DNA from: Octopus vulgaris
Lineage: Eukaryota
DNA: 64,000 bases
Assembly (NCBI GenBank): GCA_951406725.2
Contig: OX597833.1
Span: 37,944,001 to 38,008,000 of the forward strand
Reading direction: 5' to 3'
Both the position numbers and the translations under genes were made by a program. The notes under the pieces were generated by a model. It had not been told where the DNA came from. It searched no databases and worked only from the letters and a program-made list of their open reading frames with translations. The stretch's first letter is position 1, and each line of letters starts with the position of its first letter. This document shows positions 40,576 through 54,245 of the stretch, piece after piece.

Positions 40576-43500
40576 AAAAAAGAAAGATATATATATATCC
40601 GTGAGGCTCCAGTGGGGTGGGGGGTGAACGCCGCTGTACTCTTTCACCACAACTTTCTCTCACTCTTTCTTCATATTTCTACCACAAAGCAGAGGAACCA
40701 TGGTGTAACCCGTTATGGAGTGGTAAACTTTCAGACCCTAGTCTAGATTGCGAATCCTCTGTACCCCAGGATTGTTCAGCTCTCCACCTGTTAAAAGCCA
40801 CTGTATACGGAATGAGCATAACAAAGTAGCTTTCGCACCCGTGCAACCGCCAGTCTATCGTGTGTGGTGGGTGGATCTTCAAGTTGCCACACACATTCTT
40901 AGTAACTTAGAGTAGGTTCGAATTAGAGATTATTCTTTGTGGCTAATGGCGTGAGTCCTGATTGGAAGAAGAAGAAGAAAACAACAGCAAACTGTCAGCT
41001 TATAAGTTGAGGAACAAATATAAAATGACCAGAAACCATTACCTTCTATAGAGCATAAAAAATTTTCTAAAATGGCTGATATGACTGAAAGTTTAGTAAA
41101 GCAATGAAATATTTCCACAATATAGGAGCAGTGTTCCACCAATTAGCACAAAACATCCATTAAATAGAACCAAGCTCAGTTCAGGTTTTTTACAGCAACA
41201 GACTACAAACCCTAGTAACAAATAGAGTGTACAAACAAGTTTTCAAGAGTTAAACAGTCACAACAACAGCAAACAATTTTGAACACACCTCTACAAGTAT
41301 GCCCCAACACCACCACCACCATCACTGACTTCATATGATGAGATTCAGTATGTATATGTCCATCAACTTTCTTTTTAACATTAAATTCTGATATAATCAT
41401 TACATTTATGTATTTGACAGGACAAAATGAAATAGGCAGGACAAGAGCAGACACAAGGGACAGAGATTCAATGAAGAGGTCACAGAATGAGTGACAAAAG
41501 AACTTAGACAAATAAACTAAAAGAAAATTAATACTAATAAAACTAAAGTGAAGATCAAACATATAGTGTGTGTATTTAATTGGCAAAAGATGATTATCCC
41601 CAAGTATAACAATATATAAATTGTAATCTACACCATTTGAAAGGTATTTGTAGAAAAATTCATTAAAAATATTTCTATTTTCCTGAAAGTTATAAGGAAA
41701 CAAATTTGAAGAGGGTGGGGCACACTTGTCCAGGTATGTCCAATTTTGTTTATGGGAGGTAAAAGAATAGAGCCAAACAATGTCAAAGAAAGAATCTGGT
41801 AATGATGAGCTTGGTCACTTTATTATTAACCCTTTAGCCAAATCTGGCCAAAATAATCAACATGTTTTATCTTCAAACTGGCCAGCTCTGGCCTCTCACA
41901 CTTACTCTATAATATTATTTTTAAAATAAACAATCACATCATTGAAATCTCAAAGCTACAAGGTAATGCATGACTAATTCAAATCAATGTGAACAAATAA
42001 GCATTACAGCCAACAGAGAAATCTGAGTTAAAAGAAAAAGGAGAAAGAAAAATGCAGAGCCAACTTAATCCATGCCAATAAGTTAATGGTATGGATTAAG
42101 ATAAATCAAGTAGGCGTTGGTGCACTGAATGATTGTCGCTTTTATCTTTTACTTGTTTCTGTCATTGGATTGTAGCCATGTTGGAGCACTGCCTTGAAGG
42201 GTTTTGGCTAAATGAATCACCCCAGTTCTTATTTTTTTTAAGTATAGTAATTATTCTAAGGGTCTCATGTTGAACTGCTAAGTTACAAAAACATAAACAA
42301 ACCAACACCAGTTCTCAAGTGGTAGTGGGAGACAGGCACAAACACACACATGCCGAGCTTACCAATGCTGGTGCAATGTAAAAAGCACCCAGACCATTCT
42401 GTAAAGTAGTTGGAGTTAGGAAGAGCATCCAGCTGCAAAAACCATGCCAAAACAGACAGAGAAGCCCTTTGCAGTCTTTTGACTTGTCAGCTCCTGTCAA
42501 ATCATCCGCTCATGTCAGCATGGTAAACAGATATTAGATGATGACGATGATGATATAGATACATATACATACATGTATACACATAGAACAGTTTAAAAAC
42601 TGCTTTTAAGCAAGAAACCCAATCCCAGACTAGAGACCCTCTTTTTTTACTGTGAAATAACCTTTGATCATTGGAAGAAAAATCAAGTCATGATACAGTG
42701 CAATTTGTAAACATCTAATTATTAAAGTGAAAAAATTATCAAAAAAGATACTCCTATTAATTTTTTTTCTTCAAACACACACACACACATGCATATATAC
42801 ACACACATAACGGGCTCCTTTCAGTTTCTGTCTACCAAATCCATTCACAATGTTTGGGTCAGCCCAGGACTATATTAGATGACACTTGCCAAAAGTGCCT
42901 GGAACAATATTGTTGGGTGAAATATTTTTGAAGGTTGAAGAAAGGAAACAAAAATGTAACAGTAGGAACAAGATTGCAATTCATTAAAAATCCTTTACAA
43001 CTGACATTCAGTAAAACAGTTGCTTTGATTTGCTCAATTTAGACCTAGTTTCTTTTATTATTTTCATATCAGACTGATTTAATCAGTCATTAATATTTGT
43101 TCCACTTCACATGTTTGTATCCATTCACTTCCATCAAATACAAACCATATATATGTTCTAAGTTTAAACAAATACAACCCATGGTCTAATTTGTTCTCAG
43201 TAGTCTAACATGTTATTGACAGCCAAATCAACAACAGCCCCAAGATCTAACTTCTATCAAAAGTTCTATTTCCCAGAGCCCCTTGGTCTAACAAGTCCAC
43301 ACTACCATACAGCTATTAGTTAGAAGATTAAAGATTAAAAAGCAGCCAATTAACTTCAAGTACTTTTCTTAAATAATATTTTTGTTTGTTTTTTTACTAC
43401 TATCTAATTTGTAGGTTAATTACCCTATGGAAATATTTAATATGCTTTTCAAGTACCTACAAGTAAATAAATCAATCTTCTTTTCATAAAGTATCAATAT

Positions 43501-43587
43501 AATTATGCTATTACAACAAACATACACTTGCTTCAAACGTTCTTTATTAAAAGATGATGCTGGTGTTGCAGTTACCACTAGACGATG

Positions 43588-43619
<32 letters not shown>

Positions 43620-43622
<3 letters not shown>

Positions 43623-44000
43623 TAATTTGTTTATTGGCCACAAGGGCTAACAAAAATCAAATAAAACATGTAAGGACAGAATACAGGATGAAAGTTACAA
43701 AAAGGGTTTTGTCTGTTTGTAAAGTCCGTGTAAAAATGCAAGATAACAACGCAAACATAACAAGTAAAAACTCCCAATAGGGGGATGCGCTTCGAAAGGT
43801 TACTCATGGAAAAACCCATAAAAGCCACGGGAGCCTGGTCAAAAGTGGGGTAGAGAGCCCCTTTCTCCTTTTATATTACCTTTTTGTTTACAGGTGTATC
43901 CTCAGAATTGGTCCGTTCATACTGGCCATTCTTCTGACATTCACCCATCTTTCAATAAATTTGCTACGAGACAGGACTTCCCTCTCTACTCTCATCTTCC
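43620..44000 (-). mobile_element. L1/Tx1-like LINE 3' end
   Basis: Minus strand encodes FKFHL*RKMRVEREVLSRSKFIERWVNV...RIHL*. A 3'UTR ending AGCCCTTGTGGCCAATAAAC follows, then (ATT)n. Confidence 0.6.
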
Positions 44001-44390
44001 TTTACAAGTGGAACTTGAATCCTTTCTACAATAAACACATGGCTTGAAATTTTGGGTGATGGGGTTAGTTGATTACATCAACCCCACTGCTCAACATGTA
44101 CTTATCTGTCACCCCCGAAAGGATGAAAGGTGAAGTCAACCCCAGTGGTATTTGAACTTAGAATGTAAAACTGGACGAAATGCTGCAGGGCATTTTGTCT
44201 AGCATGCTAATGACCCTGCCATCTTGCTGCTCTTAACAATAATAGTAATAATGGTTTCAAATTTTGGCACAAGGCCAGCAATTTCAGGGCGGGGGTTAAG
44301 ACGATTACATTGATTCCAGTGCTCAACTGGTACACATTTTACCAACCCCAAAAGGATAAAAAGTAAAGTCAACCTTAGCAGAATTTGAGC

Positions 44391-44437
<47 letters not shown>

Positions 44438-44680
44438 GTAATAATCCTTTCTACTAAAGGTACAAGGCCTGAAATTTTGGGGGAGGGGACAAGTCAATTA
44501 CATCGATCCCAGTGTTTTACTGGTACTTGATTTATCGACCCTGAAAGGATGAAAGGCAAAGTCAGCCTTGGCAGAATTTGAACTCAGAACATAGCAACGA
44601 ACAAAATACCGCTAAACATTTTGTCCAGTATGCTAATGATTCTGCCAGCTCGTTGTCTTCAATAATAATAATAATAATAC
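44000..44680 (-). mobile_element. Cluster of three SINE family B variants separated by (AAT)n
   Basis: Repeated GAAAGGATGAAAGG..AAGTC..CC..GG..GAATTTGAACT blocks. Confidence 0.78.
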
Positions 44681-44939
44681 GAGTTTGAGCACAGGCATGA
44701 CTGCATGGGTAAGAGAGTATATTGGGGTGTTAGCTAAGTGTGTGGTTTCGAAATAACAGGAAAGTCATATGAACACAAACCTTAGGCTGTAATGGAGAAT
44801 AAGAATTATAGGCGTGAAGGAAGGTATCTCATGCAACTAGAAATGTACTCCAGCATGATTGTCTCTGTTTTTCCAATAAGGAAGCCTCTATGTGATCATT
44901 CATCTTGCTAGAAATAGCCACTAAATCTCCCTTAAATCT

Positions 44940-45230
44940 GCCACTTATAAAATCTATTTTCTCCTTTAACTTTCCAGTGATCTCACAGCACCTTTTGTAT
45001 GTCCATAGCTTGCACTGGGTACACTATATAGAATTTCTACCAGCACCTTTTCTACATATCAAACAGGGCCATTTTCCTGAAGGGATTTAGAGTCCTGTCT
45101 GTTTTCTTGCTTACAAAACTTTGATTTTTGGTAAGTTAACTTTAAGGCCCACTAATTCCCATTTTTGCTGCCACACCTGCAATTTCTTTTTCAGTTCTAC
45201 TACAAATTTCACTATAAGAATGAGCAAACT
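44940..45230 (-). mobile_element. RTE-clade LINE reverse transcriptase fragment
   Basis: Minus strand encodes ELKKKLQVWQQKWELVGLKVNLPKIKV...GKWPCLICRKGAGRNSI*CTQCKLWTYKRC. Confidence 0.8.
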
Positions 45231-45469
45231 TCAGATAACAAGTGAGATGTAACTGTTACATTTTGAAGAGTGAAAACAAAATTTTCCAAAACGATTGACT
45301 GAAGATTTAGCAAAGTAATGACATATTTCCATTGAACTGGAGCAATGTTTCATCAGTTAGCACAAAGTATCCATAAGATAGAACCAAGCCCAGTTCCTGC
45401 TTTTACACCAGCAGATTGCAAGCCCTAGAACACTCTTAACACTGTCCTTTTCAGAAGTAATATACAATA

Positions 45470-45860
45470 GGCATAGGAGTGGCTGTGTGGTAAGTAGCTT
45501 GCTTACCAACCACATGGTTCCAGGTTCAGTCCTACTGCATGGCACCTTGGCCAAGTGTCTTCTACTATAGCCTCGGGCCAACCAAAGCTTTGTGAGTGGA
45601 TTTGGTGGACGGAAACTGAAAGAAGCTTGTCGTATATATGTATATGTATATATATGTGAATGTGTGTGTTTGTCCCCACAACATCGCTTCACAACCGATG
45701 CTGGTGTGTTTACGCCCCCATAAATTAGCGGTTCAGCAAAAGAGACTGATAAAATAAGTACTAGGCTTACAAAGAATAAGTCCTGGGGTCGATTTGCTTG
45801 ACTAAAAGCGGTGCTCCAGCATGGCCACAGTCAAATGACTGAAACAAGTAAAAGAGTAAT
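45470..45860 (+). mobile_element. SINE family A
   Basis: Match to the family consensus. Confidence 0.88.
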
Positions 45861-48691
45861 ATGTAAAAAGGTTTTCAAGGGCAAATTAAATTATGAAACA
45901 CAGACATGCATGCATGTACAGTATTCATGGACATCCATATACTTGCATGCACATACACATATAGACTGTCATGTGTATGTACACGCACCAACATACCAAT
46001 CTGAGATCCATGGAAGTGAAATTCAGCCAAATGGCCTATAAAACAGATGTGAAAGAAACATTATATAAGCCATGATATCTTCAAAAATTGCAATGGCAAG
46101 AAAAACTTCCTCTTCTTCTGTATTTAGAATTCTATTCATGTCTAGAATGCCTTACAGAAATATAAATCAACTCCAGTTGGGTACTTGACTGGGACTTTAT
46201 TTTACTGGTCCTAGCAGGATGAAGGGTAATGTTGGGAATAGTAGGATTTGAACTCAGAATGGAAATAAAGAGTTATTACTAAATACTGCAAGGCATTTTG
46301 TCTGATACCTTGTCCTGCTGGAGGAGAAGGGATGTGAGGAATATTTAAGACAAAACGAAACAAGCCAACAAACAATAAACAAACAACAATAATATATTGG
46401 TAATTAAATTCTAAATATAGTAAGATTAAAATTGATAATTAAGTAATGATTTTGGTAGTGGGTAATAATATTGAACTGCTAGAGGTCCCAGACAGCTCTT
46501 TTAATTACTTATCTCTACCACTCCACACACTTCAGATTTTGCAATTAAAGTGACAAAAGTTCAATGAACCTTTCTTGGTATCTCGAGATATAGAAATAAT
46601 AATGGTTTCTAACAGAGACACAAGGCCATACACTTTGTTGGAAAGTTTAGTTGATTAAATCAAACCCCAGTATACTTGACTAATACTTTATTTTATGAAC
46701 CCAGGAAAGATGGAAAACAAAGCAAACTTCAACAGGATTTGAACTCAGAATGTAAAGAGCTAGAATAAATAACACAAGGCAGTTTATCTGATACTCTAAC
46801 AATTGCAGATCTACTGCCCTCAACACAATAATAATAATAATAATAACAACAATGATAATCCTTTCTACTAAAGGCACAAGGTCTGAAATTTGTGAGGAGG
46901 GGACCAGTCAATTACATCAACACAAGTGTTTCACTGGTACTTAATTTATTGACTCCGAAAAGATGAAAGATAAAGTCAACCCTGGCAGAATTTGAACTTA
47001 GAAAAAAGAGAGGGGTGGGGAGGAAGAGAGAGAGAGAAAGAGAGAGTTATGCTTTGCATTATATTCATTGGAACAGTGTCCTATCATATATAAATTTAGG
47101 ATCCATAAAAGTAATAGGAAAATAATGAGAATAAAAAAGATTTTGGGATAATGGGCCTTAGTGGACATAAATGACCTAAGAGTGAAGGAAAGGGGTGCTT
47201 ATATAAATGTATCATGTGTTTTTAATTTAGTCCTTATTGTATGTTACTGATTTATTCCACATATACATAAGTATAAATAGTAAGTTCCCAATGCAATATA
47301 TTCAAACAATGTCCAGTTCAATTATTGTCACTCTAAGAATGTTTAACAATGCATTTCTGTACATACCCATACACATATATATATATATATTTTTTTTCTT
47401 CACCCTTTTCAAGCCTAACCAGGCTCATGGGCCCGGTTTCCTGGTTTCTGTGGCATGTGTGTTCCCCCCAGCTGGACGGGATGCCAGTCCATAGCAGTGT
47501 TACTCAAGAAACAGGAAGAGAGAGTAAGAGAAAGTTGGGGCGAAAAAGTACAAAATCTAAAAAGGTTAACATAACCCATTGAGCGGAGCCCCGAAGTAGT
47601 CACTCAACTGATTAGAAATAGCAACCAAATCCCCTTCAAATTTCATTCTTATTGTCTTGAAAAAGGAAGGGTATATTCAATAATGTAGTTCTAAATACAC
47701 TGTCTTTGATCATAGGTTTACTCAAATAAGGTTGATCTGGGTCTAACGAATAACATCAACAACAACAAAAAGTAAAGAGATCTAATTTTGACCAATACAG
47801 AAAATGAAGAACTACATAACTTCTCCATTATTTATTTGCATGGAATCTAGAAGACAGGCTGCTAGGTTACTTGTGCATTTTCTTCTGTAAAAAAAATTCA
47901 ATAGCTGGAGAAACTAAGCCAACTTAAGAAATAATGACCAACAGAAAACTTTTAAATATGCACTGGAAGATGGGACATATTCCTGTAGGACTCCATTGTC
48001 TATTGTTATGTTTTGTTCTTTTTGTGGTACTGGAGTCTTACATCTATATATTATGTTCATTTAATCAAAAGGCTATTATTATCTTTGCTATCCTTGTAAT
48101 AATTATTATTGTTATTATTATTTCTATTAAAAAGAAAGTAACTGCATCAATTTATACCGATTATATTCATATGCTGGGTTTATGCAAGTAACAGTACACT
48201 CATACAAATACACAGACACATACACAAACCCACACACACATACAGTACAGACACACAAGATGCTACATCAATATCTTGTGAACATGAACAAAAATGTATT
48301 AGCAGAGATCAAATAACCATAATGACTACTTCAGATAACAGCTTTTAAAGCTCGTCTGAGTCTTTCATTCGATAAATGGAGAGGAAGCTAAAAAGAATTG
48401 TTCCTTTTTTCATAAAGAAAAACTTTATAATTAAAAAAAAAGCTAACAAAATATAGAAATGAAAATTATCATTGAACAATGGAAGCCAGAAGACAGAACA
48501 TTGATGCTGGGATCCTGTATGTATTACACATTATTCATGTTTGGACTTGTAAAGCCAGAACTAGAATCAACAAGAACTAGAAGACAATAGTGTGCATGCT
48601 TATGAGTAGAGCAAGCACAGAGGTTAGTTTAATGCAGGCGATAGGCATCTAGTAAAGTGCACCCAAGTTCAATCCCCGGTTATTTGCTCTC

Positions 48692-48919
48692 TTAACCCTT
48701 TTATTACTGTATTTATATTAAGATGCTCTGTGTTTCTTTCAATTACTTTAAATATAACAAAGAATTTAGTAAAATAACTTACTTATCATTAAGCTAGTGT
48801 TAGGAACATAAATTGTGACTAAGGATTGGTGGAAGATTTTAATTCAAAATTTATGAAAACAAGACATTTGTACTCAGAACCAGGGCCAGTTTCAGCCGGA
48901 TTGGTAATGAAAGGGTTAA
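48692..48919. mobile_element. piggyBac-type MITE family E
   Basis: TTAA-CCCTTTTATTAC...GTAATGAAAGGG-TTAA. Related copies lie at 18265-18493 and ~6150-6370. Confidence 0.85.
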
Positions 48920-49464
48920 TGCCCTTTGGAATGGTATAAAAATTTCAGTCTTTTCTCTTCCTACCCTCTGAAGGGGCTTAGGGTTGGAACTGCAACACTT
49001 TAGTATAAAGTGGTGTTTCCCAACCTATTTTCCCCCAGGCTCCACTATAACTTTCCAGAAAAATGTATACTCTATCGATGGTTGGAAAAGTATAACTTTA
49101 TTTTTAATATTCTATCACAATTATTTAATAGAAAAGAATCTACTAGAAACTGTTTTATTAAGTACTGACTAAGGAAAAAAAAAAGTGAATCACTTTAGCC
49201 CTTAGCATTTAAACCATCAATATCTGACCTAAATATTCTAACAGTTTTATGTTCAAACCAGTCAGATCCTGCCTATCAAATAGATCCTACAATGTAATTC
49301 TAAAACTAAAAAAATCACATCTTCAAAATCTTGAAGATATGAAATAATACATAATTAATTCAAAACTCTGTGAATAAATAAACATAACATTTGACTGGGT
49401 AATCTGAATGCTAAAGGGTTAATGGGAATCTTGTACCTGGTGACTACAGCAGATTTCTTTGATG

Positions 49465-51900
49465 TCAGGATTAGGCCCCGAAACTGGTTTTATAAAACCG
49501 GTTAAAACTGAAACGTAAATCAGTAAAACCAAAACGGATTTTCCAAAACCCATTTTAATGCTTGCTGTTTCTTTTTTTTTTTTTTTCGCAAAACATTTCT
49601 CCATTTTTATCTTTTGAAGAAATATCGTTGAAACTGAACTAACTAAACTGTTGTCGGCCGCCTTTAGTTGAGAGTGCTGTCTGTTTCATTGAAACATATC
49701 GCAACATATCAATTCTCACCTTCTCTCCCCTTGGACCTTAGATCAGCACCTTCTCATTTCCTTCGCTAACCCCTGGCTGACTCTTTGAATTTGGAGGTAA
49801 CAGAGTTTATTCGTAGCAAGTCAAGGGGATGCTGTTAGTCTTCAGTCAGGTGATCTCTCCCGTTGAGCACATGTAATAACCAGTTCCAGATTCATTTCAA
49901 GGAAGTAACACTAACTAATTTTTTTCTTAATTATTTTCATTAGCCTGAGCATGATAAAAAGAAAATAGACTGTTTGAAATTTTTTCGATAGGAAAAACAA
50001 AGATGAAGCTCAATGCAATAAGTGTGATGAGATCATGAAGTCTTCTGGAGGATCTACTATGTCTCTGATCTTGCACTTGAAGAAAATTCATCAAATTGAC
50101 ATAAATCAAGATGCGAACCAGCCTCCTGTGAAAATGACAAGAACAATGGAACACTTTTTAACAAAGAAATCAATGGAAGAAAAAGTTTCGAAGTTAGCTG
50201 CTATGGATGGATTCTCTTTCAATTCAATCGCGAAAAGCGATTTTATACAGAGAAATCTTCATAGTCAGAGAGGCAAATATGATAAATTACAACCAGCATC
50301 TGCAAACAGAGTCAGGAATATGGTAATGAATTATTACATAACCAAGAAAGAATAACTTATTCATTATTTTGAAAAATAAGTAGCGCTGGGGATTCACTAC
50401 TCATTGACATTGGATGAATACACATCAATTCAAAATAAACAATATATGAACATAAATGTTCATGGGAAAGACAATCATTGGTCATTGGGTCTTATTGAGA
50501 TCCATGGCTCCCTCAATAGCAGGAGAAGAGAGCAATTTATGAGAGGACATCTTCATGAATTTGGATTGGATTTGGATATACACATTGTTGGCAGTACGAT
50601 GGATGGTGCTTCTATGATGGTGAAACTCGGAAAAGAAATAAGACCTAATCACCAACAATGTCTCACACATTGCATACATCTGTCTGTGATTGACATTCTC
50701 TATCAAAAAAATATTGAAAATATTGCCTCAACTGATGAGACTGATAAAAAAGTGAAGAGATTGCTATAACAGACTTAGTGATGATGAAGCTGACATAAGC
50801 CAACAAGACATACTTTTTCAAACAGATTTGGCTCACAAAAATGCTTGTTTTCCCCAGCTAAAACCTGAATTTAACAAAGTTTTAAACAAGGTAAGAAAAA
50901 TTTCAAAACTTTTCTGTAAATCTCCTACAAAAAAAGAAATTTTGCAAGATTTTGTATGAGCAAACTTTGATAACAGAGAATATAAACTTATACTGGATTG
51001 CAGAACTAGGTGGAATAGCACATTCCATATGATTGAGAAATTTTTGAAATTGAAAAGCTGCATTCCAAATGCTCTACGAGCAGTACTTTCCACAGATGCC
51101 GTAGCTGACGAAGAATGGAAATCTCCCAATTTACTATATGAAATTCTGCATCCAATAGAAATTATTTTGAAGGCTATTTGTGCTGATGATACGGATTACT
51201 GAAAGTGGAATATTCTATAGAATTTTTATTGAATAAACTTAATATCGTTGGCAAACCTTTGGCTCTAAATCTTCGTGAAAGACTTATGCATAGATATAAT
51301 AAGAGAAGAAATGTTGAAACCTTGATTCTCTTGAGGTATTTACATAACTCAAGGAAGTTTAAAAACAACATTTAAAGAAGTATGCTGAACAAACATATCA
51401 GAGATTATTTCCTGAACATGACGCCGAGAACACAACAGAATTATAAAAAGAAAATGAAATAAAAGGAACCTAAAAACAAGTGTTACTGTTGTCCCATCTA
51501 CTTACGAAGGTAATGAACTAATGTGCGAATACACAAGCACAATGAAGAAAATGAACGAAGAGCCCAAGATAGTAACAGATGGATTTGAAATCTCTAAAGA
51601 ATTTGAATATTTTGAAGCAACTTTGAACAAAAGTGAAAAGCTCAAGAAACTTTATAGAGCATTGCTTACAATTAAAGCAACTAGTGTCCAGTTGGAAAGA
51701 GCTTACAGGGATTTCAACACAAAAATTAGGACAAGTTTGTCAGGTAAAACACTGAACGCATTGTGTTTTTTAAAAGATTATTTTTGAAGGAAAGTGAATC
51801 ATCAAGCAAGTCAAGAAACTTGATTGATTCTCAAAAATACGACGACTTGGAAAAACATTGCATTCCTGATTAAATAAATATAATACCATTATTTTTTGTT
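49465..51900 (+). mobile_element. hAT DNA transposon body (boundaries approximate)
   Basis: The 5' region has repeated AAACC/GGTTT subterminal-like motifs ahead of the transposase. I found no matching right TIR. Confidence 0.6.
49970..51787 (+). pseudogene. hAT-superfamily transposase pseudogene with BED zinc finger
   Basis: Motifs: V*NFF...AQCNKC...GGSTMSLILHLKKIH (BED finger), LTLDEYTS, TMDGASMM, CLTHCIHL (CxxH), LDCRTRWNST, ATSVQLERAY (hAT C-terminal dimerisation). Multiple stops and frameshifts. Confidence 0.93.
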
Positions 51901-52794
51901 ATTGTTTGTACATAAATACAGATACAGGCACCATCAACATATTTGTGGATATCACTGTCTTGCTTTACTCACCATCATCATCATTTAACGTCTGTTTTCC
52001 ATGCTGGCAGAAAGCACCCATACACTCTGTTAAGTGTATGGTGCTAGGAAGGGCATCCAGCCATAGAAACCATGCCAGAATAGACAATAGAGCTGGTGCA
52101 GCCCCTAGCCTTGCCAGCTACAGTCAAACCATCCAACCCATGCCAGCATGAAAAACAGATGTCAAATGATATGGTGATATAGATATATATTTGAAAGTCT
52201 ATGAGAATTAATAGTTTTGAAGTGTAAAAGAGATTTTCTTTTATAATTATGTTTTAAAAAAATGTTAGGAAATCTTATATCAGGAGGTTACAAACCATTC
52301 TGGGAAGAAGTTTTTTCTAGAGTGTGAGCACTTTCCCAGTCCAATCTGTAAGGCGGTTGGTGTTAGGGAGGGCATCCAGCCATAAAAACCATGCCAAACA
52401 GACAGTGAAGTCTGGTGCAGCCTTCTAGCTTGCCAGTTCACCAACTTAAAATCCCCTACAGTCTTACCTTCCCTCACTGTCTTATCATTCCCCATTGGCT
52501 TTACATATTATTGACACTGAAAAACTAAAACGATAGTGAATGTTGGTGGAGTTTTAACTCGGAATATACAAAAATGAAATTAAACTGTAGGATAGTTCAT
52601 CAACATGCTACTATTTCTGCCTCATGATACTGACTTCACACATAGCACACTATGACAAGTCAACCGTTTAACCCAGGACACTAATAACTTGTGGTAATAA
52701 GCCAATTCATGTTTGCCTCAGACTTTTTCTCCTTGTAACCTCTCAAGTCCAAGAAAGATGATTCTGAAATTTCTTGCTGAACAAATTGTACATA

Positions 52795-53088
52795 GGCGCA
52801 AGAGTGGTTGTGTGATAAGTAGCTTGCTTACCAACCACATGGTTCCAGGTTCAGTCCCACTGTGTGGCACCTTGGGCAAGTGTCTTCTACTATAGCCTCA
52901 GGCCAACCAAAGCTTTGTGAGTGGATTTGGTAGACAGAAACTGAAAAGAAGCCCGTCGTATATATGTATATACGATAGAATAAGTACTAGGCTTACAAAG
53001 AATAAGTCCTGGAGTCAATTTGCTCGACTAAAGTGGTGCTCTAGCATGGCTGCAGTCAAATGACTGAAACAAGTAAAAGAGTAAAGAG
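52795..53088 (+). mobile_element. SINE family A, internally deleted
   Basis: Head and tail are present. The segment between the microsatellite and CGATAGAATAAG is missing. Confidence 0.85.
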
Positions 53089-53451
53089 AGATGGTTTGTT
53101 TATAGAGATTAAATGTTTGGTCTGTACATGAATTCACACCCTCAATTAAATCGACATCTCCTGTACAAGCACACAGTGCACTACATTTCAAATGTCAAAG
53201 TGATTGCATAGCAATGTGAAATGAAGTGTTTCTCTCAAGAACACAATGCACTGCCTGATCTGGGAATTGAAACCACGATCTTGCGAGTGTGAGTGCAACG
53301 GCCTAACCACTAGGCCACATGCCCTCAGACTACTATACCAATGTTGACTTGTCACATTTGCACAAGACCACAAACATGTACAGAAGTTGATGCAGTGATC
53401 CTAGGACATAACTGGTATTGATTTCATTGACCCCCTTTAGAGGTTGACAAG

Positions 53452-53683
53452 ACGGCGAGCTGGCAGAAACATTAGCACACCGGGCGAAATGCTTAGCGGT
53501 ATTTCGTCTGCTGCTATGTTCTGAGTTCAAATTCCGCCAAGGTCAACTTTGCCTTTCATCCTTTCGGGGGCGATAAATTAAGTACCAGTTACACACTGGG
53601 GTCGATATAATTGACTTAATCCGTTTGTCTGTCCTTGTTTGTCCCCTCTGTGTGTAGCCCCTTGTGGGCAGTAAAGAAATAGG
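53452..53683 (+). mobile_element. SINE family B
   Basis: Match to 4388-4622. Confidence 0.88.
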
Positions 53684-53712
53684 AAAAGACTGACTAAGTG
53701 GAGAAGAGTAGC

Positions 53713-53937
53713 TTAACCCTTTAGCATTCAGATTATTCTGTCAAATGTAATGTTTATTTAATCACAATTTTCAATTAATTATTTGTTATCTTGCAGCTTT
53801 GAGATTTTGATGATGTAATTGCTTAGCTTTAGAATGACATCAAAAGATAGGTGTGAGAGTCTGGATCTGGCTGGTTTGAACATAAAACAGGTAGGAAATT
53901 TTGAGCCAGATATGGCTAGTTTAAATGCTAAAGGGTT
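53713..53937. mobile_element. piggyBac-type MITE family D
   Basis: TTAACCCTTTAGCATT...AATGCTAAAGGGTT. Confidence 0.82.
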
Positions 53938-54011
53938 CGACTCAGAACACATGAAAATAAAACTCAATACTTTAAGGCCTCTGAAACTTTAACCATTTCA
54001 GAAATTCAATA

Positions 54012-54245
54012 TTCTATTTCTTTACTACCCACAAGGGGTTAAACACAGAGAGGACAAACAAGGACAGACAAACGGATTAAGTCGACTATATCGACCCCAG
54101 TGCGTAACTGGTACTTATTTAATCGACCCTGAAAGGATGAAAGGCAAAGTCGACCTCGGCGGAATTTGAACTCTGAACGTAACAGCAGACCAAATACGGC
54201 TACGCATTTCGCTCAGCGTACTAACGTTTCTACCAGCTCGCTGCC
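54012..54245 (-). mobile_element. SINE family B
   Basis: Reverse-complement match to 4388-4622. Confidence 0.88.

Noticed and set aside
2044-45692. Recurrent ORFs such as 'HSQGFG..AIVEDTCPRCHAVGLNPEPCGW'
   Set aside because: They are translations of SINE family A copies, not a gene family.
47871-47884. 14-nt minus-strand micro-exon (TTTTTTTTACAG|AAGAAAATGCACAA|GTAACC)
   Set aside because: The donor is weak and the length is non-triplet, so it is expected by chance in AT-rich introns.
48330-48390. Minus-strand terminal exon candidate (LPLHLSNERLRRALKAVI*)
   Set aside because: It is short and has no supporting neighbouring exons or recognisable homology.
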